Shown here in pieces: positions 12,801 to 24,055 of a stretch of 64,000 nucleotides of DNA. The stretch covers positions 21,702,001 to 21,766,000 of the forward strand of contig CM052816.1 of assembly GCA_028534125.1 (NCBI GenBank), read 5' to 3'. Below the pieces are notes generated by a model. It was not told the DNA's origin. It searched no databases and worked only from the letters and a program-made list of their open reading frames with translations. Origin of the DNA: Lama glama. Taxonomy: Eukaryota. The stretch's first letter is position 1. Each line of letters begins with the position of its first letter. Position numbers and translations under genes: made by a program.

Positions 12801-15250
12801 ACATTAGTGGTGTGAAATATGAAAAGCTTCATATTTGAGTGTTAATGCCAGGAAGCCTACCACAATGGAAGAGGCACTGTAATCGGGTAGACGTAGTGAC
12901 TCTTCCATTTGATATCATCCAGCTTCTGTCATTGTACCTCAGTGCTGCCTCAATGGGTACATGAATGGAGTACCCATGGGTACAGGGATGCAGGCTATGC
13001 ATAAACCTAATACCATGAGCTCTTACCACAGTTGATCTAGCTATTGTCACTGTCAAATGTCTATCTTGCTGGCAACAGAGACCAGCCCTGAGCTCCAGAT
13101 GCAATATTGTGAGTCAAGGAGATCAATAGGCCACTTGGTTGCTAGTTGACCACAATGGGCCTCTTAGACCCTGGAAGGACCAGTAATTCATTTTGACAAA
13201 AATAAAAACACATTCCAGGTACAGGTTTGCCTTTCCTGTCTTCAGGGCCTCAGCCAAACCACTCCCCAAGGGCTTTCACAGTTTTTGATCCACCAGCATG
13301 GGGTCTCATATAATATCATGTCAAACCAAGGGATCCACTTTATGGCAAAGAAGGAGTAGGTCCATGACCATAGGGTCCACTGGTCTTATCATAAACTGCA
13401 CTATCTAGGAGCTGCCAAACTGATAGAATGTTGTGCAACAGCCTGTTGGAGGTGTGATTGAAACACCAGCTTGAGAGAGGTACTTAGAAGGATAATGAGC
13501 CATCCTCCATGACACAGTTCTCACTATGTCAAAGACCCTCACTTGGAGCCATGTCCTGATAAATATAATACAAAGGTCTGAGAATCAAGAGACAGAAACA
13601 TGAATGGTCCTTTTTACCATCTCCCTGTGACCCATTTGGAAAATGTGTGCTTCCCATCCCTTCATCTCTATACTCTATGGCCTTAGAGATCCTGGTTCCC
13701 CAGGAAGGAACGCTTCCACCAGGGACTACAGCAAGAGTCTATACCATAAGCCAGGGTTGCTACCAGAGCAGTTTGACCTCTTTGTATCCAGGAACCAGAA
13801 GAAAGGAAGAGTAGTCACCATCGTGGCAGGGTATCTGAGCCTGATCATCAGGAGGAAAGGTAAAAAAAAATAATAATAAATAAATTAATTAAATAAAATT
13901 TAAAAAAAAAAGAGGAAAGGGTACTGCTCTACAGTGCTACACAGTGGGATCCATTTGAGTGCCCCTCTGGTACTCCTTCCCCCAGTTTTGATAGTAAAGG
14001 GACAAGTGAAGCAACCCCTTGCTAAAATGGAATCAGATCAGGCAGTCAGACCCCTCAGGAATTATACCATCAGGGAAGCCACATATCTACTCATTGCTAA
14101 TAGAGGGTGAGGAGGAATCTGGAATAGATAGAATAGGAGATGAGTGCTAACTGTGGCCCTGAAATCAGCTACAACAGCAGGGCTGTAGTTCATCTCACTA
14201 AGCTTCCTCTTTTAAGTTTACTCCAAGAAGAGAAGTACACCGGAATCATTGATTTGCTGGAGCTGACTCAGCCTGGATGGAGCGAGCTCATTGCTAAATT
14301 TTTGCCAGCCAGTTTTTGAACCATTATAAACTTCAAATCAGCCCTAGTGGGAGTATTTATACCATGACAATTTACAAATTTTACAAATCAAGATTTGGCT
14401 TGTGTGTGTGTGAAGTCAGGTTTTTTTTTCTTTTTTTTTTTAACTTTTTTTTTATTGAGTTACAGTCATTTTACAATGTTGTGTCAAATTCCAGTGTAGA
14501 GCACAACTTTTCAGTTATACAGGAACATACATATATTCATTGTCACATTTTTTTTCACTGTGAGCTACCACAAGATCTTGTATATATTTCTCTGTGCTAT
14601 ACAGTATAATCTTGTTTATCTGTTTTACATATGCCTGTCAATATCTACAAATTTTGAAATAAGAGTCAGTGTTAAACATGTAACAGCATAGCACTGGAAT
14701 CCTGGAGAAGCTGCTCCCAAAGACTATGGAAAGTAGTTATAGAAAGAAGTGGATTCAGACAGCTCAAGGGGTGTATACTGTGGTGGACATGATGATGTGC
14801 TGCCCAGAACACCCTTTAGGAGTCAAGATCTTTTTTCCCCAGCAGTAGCACTGCTGGAAGACAGCTCTCAGAAGGCATCCCCTCTCTTTGAGAATTTCCT
14901 TGCCTGAAAAACATTGCCACACCTAAAGTCATACCTCCTTCTAGGGACATCCTATGTCTAATTAGTGATCAGCATCAAGGAATAAGGCTTAGCCTCATCT
15001 TCACCCAAAATTAGGGAGAGTCTGAGGGGCCATCTCAGCCCTGGAACTCTCCTTTGAGTCAGCTGAAACTTTTGCTGTGACTGCATTTAATCCATCTTCT
15101 CTCTCTGTTTAATCCTGATACCTTTTTTCACCTTCCTTTTCCTTCCGTTTCCCGCCTATCCCTTCCCTTCCCTTTCTTTCCCTTCCATAAGCAATCCTAC
15201 TTGCTAATCTCTGTCTCAGAGTCTCCATCCCAGTGACCCAGCCTGAGGCA
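9855..15250 (+). mobile_element. Decayed ERVL-class provirus (LTR16/ERV3-16-like) with two LTRs
   Basis: Related LTR-like segments at about 9855-10190 and 14779-15250, purine tract before the 3' LTR, RT remnants about 11430-11640 (FAFTWNKQQY), integrase remnant about 13300-13350 (SNQGIHFMAK); many stops. Confidence 0.75.
14419..14660 (-). mobile_element. 5'-truncated L1 3' end nested in the ERV
   Basis: T-rich tail followed by typical artiodactyl L1 3' UTR (tacaatgttgtgtcaaattcc...gtgctatacagta). Confidence 0.65.
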
Positions 15251-18200
15251 GGCAGCCTGGTCATGGTTTCAGCACAAAGGTCCCTTCAAGGTTGGAAAGT
15301 CTTACTTCTTTTCAGGGGTTATTGGACACTACAGATGCAGAGCTGAATGTGTCCAAGTCAGCCTCAGTCTCTACCAGTGAAAGTGGCTAATCACCCTATC
15401 CTTGCCTGGCCTGGAGTCTCTCCCCTTGGCCAAGACCTTTTAGCCCCTTAGGTCTCTGGGCCCTAGAGGTCATGGAGGTGAAGAGAGAAGTTGGTCAATT
15501 GGAGCTAAGTGTCCTCTGATAACCATGGGAGCAGTGGACTTCATCCTCTACCTAATACTGTGTCCACTGTGCCCATAGAGTCTGCCCTCACAGTGGTCCC
15601 TAAGGAGACCTTTCCCAGGACAAGAAGTTCCACTATGCTATGAGTTGGCGTTCCCAGGAGGGATATGAGGAAATCGTTTGATGCCCCACAAGGCTGGGAA
15701 AGGGAGATGGTGACAGGGGTATGAATTGATTCTTGAGTCTGGCTTCAGGGATAGTGAGGGCCACAGCTTTCTCCCTTCCTGAGGATCATGGGGCAGGGGG
15801 AGTTGTGGCCATGGAAAGAGTCCCTCAGAGTCTCTGATTGCAATGCTAAGAAGGAAAAACTCCAAGAGCCTCTGGGACTGAGCTCAGAATAGAACTGCCA
15901 CCTCTCATCCTGACCACAATAGCAGCTGTGTCTTTGTGTGTCCCTGCGAGGGACTCGTAAGTCTGTCCATCTGCCTCTGTCTGTCAGTCTGACACTGCCA
16001 ATGTCCCCAGCCAGTCTTTCCATCCATCCCTTCCAAGCCTTGGCTGAACCTGTCAGTGCCAGGGACTCTGTCAGTGACTATCCATCTGTTACTTTCAGGA
16101 GCCTTAGGCTATCTAATTTGTTTGTCACTGTCATGGGCCTGTCTATCTGCCTGTGATTCCTGGACTTTTGGACTGGCTGACTCTAAGGAAAGATGTTCCT
16201 TCCTTCCACAGGGTTTCATGATAACTAGGGAATCCAGGCCCATGGCCATGCCTGCTGTTTTTGTTTGGTTGTAGAGCCCAAGGCTACACCTCTCTGTTTC
16301 TGAGCTTCATAGATGCTCGAGTTGTCATGTGTGTCTGTGACTGTGACCCAGGGCATGGCCTGAGGCTCTTGCAGTTTCCTCTAATTTCTGCCTTGGTTCC
16401 AAAACTGGTTGGTGTGCATTTCTAGGGATTGGACCTGTGAGAGGAGGTGTTAGGATCTGTCTGAGTCACAGCCTTCATGTGAATCTGGGCTGGGTACAGC
16501 CCTATCCCTGGCCCTGGCCCTGTTTCAGTTGAGACTTCCCTAGAGAGATCCCTGTAGGAGAAGGGGCTCAAGGATTGTGGGGGTCAGTCAGGGTGACTTT
16601 GCTGGGTGTGGGGGGATGGGGGAGACTATGAGTTATCATATAGTTTCTGACTTGAAGCTGTGGCTCAAGTAACTTGCTGCTTCCCTGGCCTGCACACGAA
16701 ATGACCCCACCCTTATCCAGCCCTGCTGGCGCAAGAGGCCTGGGCAGGAGCCAAGGCCTCCATTAGGACAACTTGGGGCTGCCCCAGGCTCTGGGCAGAA
16801 GGAAGTATGACACATTGCCAGAGAGCTGGTCTTCCCTCCCTTCTGCTTCCTTTGAGATAATTTCTAAATCCGTTAAGTGGGAGAGGGAGAAGGGAGCTGT
16901 GCTGATGTTGGGTTCCAAGCTTCCCTGGTTCCTAGTAGCCCAAGGTCATCCTCTTGGCTGGCCTCTCAGACACTGTTGTTGATAAGGATAGTGACAACAG
17001 TATCCCTGGTTGTATTGGGCACCTTATAGCCTGGTGCTGATCTTTGTCCCACATAGCATTTTCTAAACTTTGGGAAATTTATGCTACTTTTTCATCCTGA
17101 CTTCCGTAAAACCTTTGTGCATTTCTTTTAATCACAGGTGAGAATAGGCTCACTTTCATCAGACCCTGGAACACAGCCACAGCTAGTACCTATACAGTGA
17201 GGAGTCCTCTCCAGACCTGGGGAAAGGAGCTATAGTTCAAGGCAGAAACCCTACAGGTCCCCAGTAGATGATAGGGCACCCCTTAGACCCAGGAGGTGTC
17301 CAGACAAACCCCTGAATAAATGCTGAGGAGCAGGATGCCCAAGTAGAGGATATGTCCACCTCCAACTGGACACTGATCTATCCCACTGGGAGAAAAATGC
17401 CAGTCATTTGACTGGGATGCATTCCAGGCACAGGGGCCTGGGGATGGTATGAGAGCTATGGTTTGTTCTTGTTCCTGGGGCCCAGGGCTGCTGTGAGGGA
17501 GACAGAGGGCTGTGAGCAGTGAGGTTGGAGGGATCTCCAAGGGCTGTGAGGCCAGAATGACAGAGCAGGGTCTTAGACTAGACCAAAGGTCTTAGAGCTC
17601 ACACTGAGCCAGCAGGCAGCCCATATGGGACACAGTCAGACACATGCCCTCCAATGTAAGCACCTCAAGTGTTAGGTTCCCTGCAGAGCCTGGCATAGTT
17701 CCTGATATTTCGTAGGCACTCAGTAAATATTTATTGAGTGAATTAATAGGTGCATGAATCCATCTGGCTGCCATGGGAGAGAAGCAGGAGGGGTCTGTCT
17801 AGAGACAGTGCCCAGGGGACAATTGAGGAGGTCATCTGCATGAGAGAGATGGGGTGGGCCAGGGCAAGGCTGTGGGATGGAGAGAAGTGAGAAGATATGA
17901 AAGGGGCTAGGGAGGTGAAAGCACCAGTAAGAAACTGACTAGGGGACTGAGACAGCAAGAGGATCACAGGCTCAGCCCCTTGGCCTGGTCTTTCTGCTAG
18001 AACAGTGGCACAGCACAGCTTCCTCAAAGCCTTCCAGAGACTCTGGGGCCAAACACTGTGGATGAGGACTGCACTTACCAATGCATTGGCAAGACAACAT
18101 CCACATCCATGTCATACTGGGCTCCTCTTGAGCTAACTCCTCCAAGAGGGAGATGTTGGAAGTGGAGGCAACTCCTCCACAGCCATGGCAGCATGGAGAA

Positions 18201-18544
18201 CTGGAAAGCAATAAACTAATTTCTGCTCTTCTTAATGCACGTGCTTCACTGCAGCCTGCCAAGCCAAGCTCCCCAAGGACGGTCCCCAGGGCCTTTAGAG
18301 CAAGGTCTGACCTCGGGCCAAGCTTAGTCGGATTTGGGTTTTGTTTCCCAACAGTTGGCTTTTCAGAATGCTGACAGTTGGGCAAGACTGAACAATGTAG
18401 AGAAGAATTTCCAATAATGACGAGAACATTTGGGAAGCAGCTTCAGATCATGTGAAGGGAGAGGAGAGATTCAGTGTCTGATGGACAAGCAGTGTCTACA
18501 AAAGGTAGGAAAACCAACAGCAATGTTGTTTATAAAAGACTTCT

Positions 18545-19130
18545 TTGGAAAAAAGTTTGGCAGTACCTACTAAAAGTAAAATATGTATATCCTATGACCC
18601 AATAATTCCACACCATTCCAGCCTTTCTGACAGAAACGCATACATATACTCACCAAAATATAAATACAAGAATGTTCATAGTAGCTTTATTAATATTAGC
18701 CAAAAAGCAGAAACAGCTGAAATACCTATCAGCAGTAGAATGGGAAAAAATACATTGTGAGACCCAGTGGAATACTACACAGAAACAAAAAGGAGCAGAC
18801 TACAACTGCATGCGCCAACCAGAAAGAACTGCACAAATACAATGTTGCACAAGAGGAGTCAAACATAAAAGAGAGCACAGTCTGTGATTCCACTTAGATG
18901 AAGTTCAAACAATGGGCAAAATGACTTTATGGTGATAGCAGTTGGAAAGGTGCCTATACTTAGCAGGGTGGATACTGACTCGGAGGGAGAGAGCTCAGGG
19001 AGCCTTTGGGGGTGCTGGAAAATGTTTCACATCTTGCTCTGGGTACTGGTTACATCAATATAAATAAAGGGATTCCCTGAACTGTATACTTAAGATTTGT
19101 GTACTTTATTGTACAATAACTCAGTAAAAA
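18545..19130 (+). mobile_element. Old L1 (L1M-type) 3' fragment
   Basis: TATGACCCAATAATTCCAC, AATGTTCATAGTAGCTTTATT, CTGTATACTTAAGATTTGTGTACTTTATTGTA. Confidence 0.7.
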
Positions 19131-22100
19131 AGAAAAGTAAAATAATTTTCTAAAGGTTTTTTCCCTGCCTTCAGAAGAACCGCAGGATCTTGAAGGAAGT
19201 GCCGGCCTTTGCCTTGGGTGAGGACCACGAGGTGCGTTTGAGGGCAGAACCTAGGGAGTTTGTGCTCATCTTCCCTTGAAGTTGAGAAAAAGAAAAGGGA
19301 GAAAAGTTTTTGATTAATCATTTCTCAGGTTGAAAGAGTAGGTCTGGGCCAGAGATAACATCAGTAGCAGCAACATGAAACTGTTTCGCTGTTGTTATCT
19401 CAAACCACAGTGAAAAATAACTTGTGAAGCTGCATCTTTCCTGGCAGCCATAGCTCAGGGTCTCCTCACAGGAGGGAAATTGGCCAGTCTTTTCCGAGGG
19501 TGAGGTCTGTGCCTGACAGCCCATCTGAGGGCCCAGAAAGGGGGCTTCTCTGGCACCATGTCTGAGGATTCTATCTTTCACCTCCTGTGTGGTCCTCAGG
19601 AAGTTCACAGCCTCTCTGGGCCTTGAGACAGCCGCCAGCTGATAGTAGATGCGATGGCCCTTCTTCATGCTCAGCTCCTGTCTTGATGGTTGGCCTTGCT
19701 CTGACCTGCTCTGCAGATGCCATCAGCATTCTGGCCTCCCTTCTCCTCAGAGGAGCAGGGCCAGTATCAGGGTGCTCTCAACAGAGCTCTAACCTAGGCC
19801 TTGGGCAGCAGGGCTCTGCATCTGTCTGGGCCTCCTTATGTCAGACTGATCTGGAATTGGGGCCTCTCTGACTCTGCCACAACCCCACTTCACAGATGAG
19901 AAAATTGAGGCCCAAGAGACTTACATACCAGATTTCTTTTTCGTGAAGCCCATGTAACAAGTTGGGAGGGCCCAGAGCAGAAGCTTCCAGATCCAGAACA
20001 ACGAGCCTTGTGCATTCAGCACAAATAGCAGCTTGCTTAGAAGCCCAGATTGGCACAGTACGTGCCTATTTCGTGAAGCCCCTGCCCTCCGCTTCCAAGT
20101 ATACAGACCCTGAATCCTCAAGTACAGACATGTGCAGGCACCCAGAAAGCAAGAGGCATAAGGACTCCTTCCTACTTGGGGCTGTGCGTCAGGCCAGATG
20201 TATAACCGCAATCTGTGACTCTACACAAAGAGCAGTTGTGAGGTTAATGAAGGGTGCCTGGACAGTACCTTGCAATCTCCAGGCCCAAAGTGAGAGCTTC
20301 CCTGCCTGCCAAGGAAGAGCAGACAGGCCTTTTTTGCTATCCATGCTATCTCAGAAAGAGGGTACCGGTGCTCTGGGTTTTGAGGAATGTAGTCCCCATT
20401 GAAGCTAATCACCAGCGTCTTGGCTGAACAACCAATTTTCAGCATCAGTCAGTGCAGTGAAAGCCATTACTGAGGATCCCGTTTAGCTGGGGACACTGAG
20501 GATGCAAGCTTTCCATACACAAGGGAACCACATGATGCCCATTGACCTTAGCACTCAACGTCTCTCCTCAGATTCAGCCATGTCCACATTTGTAGCCATC
20601 ACAGGGTAGAAAAAAACAAGAAGAAGACTCACCTGCCATCCCACTACCTAAATCATCATGCCAATTTCCTTCCAGGTTTTGGCCCACAGGGGTCCTCTCA
20701 GCATCAATCCCATTCTGGACCTTTCACAAGTGCCTTGCTGTGTTGCCATGTTAATAACTTCATGTCCATCATTTCATTTCATGGATTGACAGATTGGCCA
20801 TTTCTGAGGTGAAGTTTCCCTCCTGTCTTTCATGTGATCTCCCTGAACGTGAATGCTAAGTCAGAGGATGTGGCTACACTATGCCCTTAATAGAGATGGC
20901 TATGTGGCTACCAATGGAGCTGTTCCAGTTCTCAAGGACTAGCATATGAGAGAGGGCTGCACTGCTACTCTAGTGCATGTCTTAGGTTCCTGATTCTAAA
21001 CTTAATACTCCTGATTTCTGAAGGGGCTTGAGGCCCCCTAGGAGGCAGAAGGTGATAGAGGGTGAGGTGGTCACTGGGGAGGCCCCTGTGAAGAGAGGGA
21101 ACTGTTGAGGTGTCCTAGGAGGTCTTGATGTATGGATGAGCCTGTCTTCTCAGACCACCCAGCCCTGCTCTCCCTCCTGGTCTAGAGGTGGGCCTAGCAA
21201 ATCTAAGAGTGTTTCCTTAGTGCCAAAGTGGGCCTGCCCATGGTTGTCTCCCATGGAAGAATGTAATTCAGACCTGTTTCCTGGCCTCCTAGGGGGAGGA
21301 GGTGCTCAGGGCCAGTCTCAGCCAACTGGGGTTCAGGGCCATGCCTCCCATGCCCAGGAATCCAGCCCAGAGCTCTGGCCTTCCAATGTACTGCCTTTCC
21401 TTAGGCTTTGAGGCAGAAGTTCCAGTACGCGTCCAGGGAACTGTGGGCTTAGGCCTGCGTAGGTGTCCAGAGCAGTACCCACATGACTCTCCTACCTGAA
21501 TCCAGCCCTCAGCAGGCTCCTCAGTACTGCTGTCCAGATCTGAGCATAATTAGAGAGAAAACTAGGGCACATGGAAAATCCAAGTGGCCCTCACTGCAAG
21601 GTCTCTTCATGGGTGACTCTCTGGTGGCCTTGGCCAGGGCTTAAGGTTGTCAGGAGGATAAGGGCAGTTACTCCGGGCCATATGGCTGCCTTCCCTCCTG
21701 TATTCTTCCTAACTTTCTTATTTCCCAGGAGAGGCACCAGAGCCTGTCTTGTCAACCTCAGTTTCCCTAGAGTTGAGCTAGATGCTCTGAGGTCCTCTAG
21801 CTTGATAAAGACCCTGAACCTATGCTGCAGTCTGGCCTTTGGGTCTAGATTCCAGACTGCCTTTGTGGACTTTGGTTGAGAGACTGAGGTACCTTTCCAA
21901 GGTCACACAGCAAGCTAGTGGCAAGCCAAACTCGTGCAACCCTGCTGTCCTGAACATGGCAATGAGATGACAAGAATGTAAATGCAAGCCCCTAGCCCTC
22001 TACTGTGAGGTGCCTCAGGCTAAGAGGAGGCTGAAGCAATGAAGTGTCAGGTCTTCTGGCCAGCCTGTCTCAGCAACCCCATGTTGCTGTGTACCCCACA

Positions 22101-22561
22101 GACCCTACTGTCAGTCACAGAGGAGTGGCCTTGAGAACCCTAAGCACCTGTGTGGTTTGCTCAAGGGACAGGAGCTCAGAGCCTCTGGGGACTAGATTTT
22201 GGGATTTCTCTGGGCTGAAACCACCTTTGGTCCCTGGCCCCACATCAGCTGAGCCCAAATCACAGGGCCACCCTCCATATCCTGAGATAATTTGGCAACT
22301 TCATTCAGTCACACTGACTGACCTTCAGGCTGAAGTGGCCCTCAAGGTGGAAAGGAGCAGGGTGTGACCTGGAAATCCTAGGGCAAGGAATGGGGGTGGG
22401 CAGGGCTGTAGTGGACCTGTGTGCTGACTGTGGACACAATCCAAAGCTTTACAGTTGAGCAAGGTCTGTCCATGGGTAGATGTTGCAGACTGTGGGCAAG
22501 CCTGGCCTGAGCCAAGTTGTGGTTGCAAATTGATACCTAATTACATTTCAAACAGGTTATT

Positions 22562-22685
22562 GGGGGAGAGTATAGCTCTAGTGGTAGAGTCCATTCCTAG
22601 CATGCACAAGGTCCTGGGTTCAGTCCCCAGTACCTCCTTAATTAATTAATTAATTAATTAATAAACCTAATTACCGCCCCCCCCC
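22562..22685 (+). mobile_element. tRNA-derived SINE (camelid vic-1 type)
   Basis: GGGGAGAGTATAGCTCTAGTGGTAGAG...GGTCCTGGGTTCAGTCCCCAGTACCTCC, (TTAA)n tail, AAACAG(G)TTATT flanking duplication. Confidence 0.85.
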
Positions 22686-23639
22686 AAACAGTTATTTATC
22701 TTTCCTGGTTTGGGGAAGAAGCTCGTGGTCTGAGAGGTTTGGATTGTAGGAGGCTGTTGGGATTGTGAGATAACCCCAGTCACCTCTAATAAACTGTTCA
22801 AATGATCAGAATTTGGGTTAGCATTGAGACCAGGGAGTCAGAGTTGGTAGCCTAGTCTAGCAGCATTTCAGGACCTAAGGAACTGGCAGATTCCCCACAA
22901 GCAGGGCCCTGTGCTCTGAGGGTGTGAGGATGTTAATAGTCAGGGAGGCAGCTCTTATGCCAAGGAGACACTGGAGGGTGTTGAGAGGGGCTTTGCAGGT
23001 CAGGAGAGGGGCTTTAATTTGAAGTCAGATAGCTCTTTGCTAGTTTAGAAGAAGCTAGGGGGTTGGCGATGTCCCTGGGCCCTGTGGGCAGCCACCTGGT
23101 CCAGTTCCTCTGTGGTGCCCAGGCCTCGGTGAGTAGCCTGAAATCCCCCATTGCCCTGAGCCATTTACCAGGGCTGACCCTTCTGTGGCCACATTGGGTC
23201 CTCGGTTGGTAGTGATGGGGATGAATTAGACTTAGGACTCCCCAGGAACTGTAGTAGAGCCCTAAAGAAGGAGGGCCTTGGGCCCTTGGGTTGGAGGTGG
23301 ATGTGTACTGAGTGAGGCTGGGCAGAGGAGTCTGGGAAAGGATCTGATTTGAGTGCTGAAGGACACAGGGAGAAGAGGGGCAGTAGTAACAAGCTGCACT
23401 GACATTGATGGAACCCCCACTGTTTGTCCACTGGCACTAGGAGGTACAACAGAGGGGCAGATGAGGTGGGATTCCCACCTGCCCTGCTGAGCTTCTCCTT
23501 CCGAGAGACCCCTGGCCCTCCAGGTCAGGAACCCTGGTTATTGAGCCATCAACCCCAGCCCCCTGCCCCTTCCAGTCTGTCAAGGCCCCAGGCGGACGAG
23601 ACTCTGTCGCAAGTCTTAACAGCATTTCCATACTCCAGC

Positions 23640-23645
23640 TTTATT
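23640..23645 (-). terminator. PolyA signal of the KK34-like gene
   Basis: AATAAA 200 nt after the stop codon. Confidence 0.7.
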
Positions 23646-23844
23646 GAAGCAGCAGATGCTGATGAATCAGTTACAGGAATATTTCCTCAAGCACACCTCC
23701 TGCCCCCATTACCCACCCTAAGCCTTGTCTTCTGGCCCAGGGCCAGCAAACTCTCACACTCTGGCTGTAAATTGTTCCCAAGATTCCTCCAATCCCATTT
23801 CCTACAGTTCTAACTACTGGGGCACAAGCATGTGAGATGAGGTC

Positions 23845-23973
23845 TCAGAGGATGTCCTTGATCATTTTACAAGATTTCCATCCTTCTATAGATATGACAA
23901 CCCTCCGTAAGGCTTCCTTGAACTTTGAGAAATTACTTGTCTCAGTAGTACACTTCTTGTGTGATTCTGTTGG
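23845..23973 (-). CDS. KK34: KK34-like cytokine exon 4 (helix D)
   Basis: tttcttatttag|CCAACA...CTC TGA; PTESHKKCTTETSNFSKFKEAL... Confidence 0.88.
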   Translation of the reverse strand, partial: PTESHKKCTTETSNFSKFKEALRRVVISIEGWKSCKMIKDIL

Positions 23974-24013
23974 CTAAATAAGAAATACATATTTATGTCT
24001 TTAGCAGAAACAA

Positions 24014-24055
<42 letters not shown>

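Noticed and set aside
22562..22637. tRNA gene
   Set aside because: tRNA-like head continues into a SINE tail with target-site duplication, and there are multiple diverged copies.
23960..23973. Alternative KK34 exon 4 acceptor CCAACAG|AATCAC
   Set aside because: A 7-nt shift breaks the frame and loses the GM-CSF-like helix D motif.
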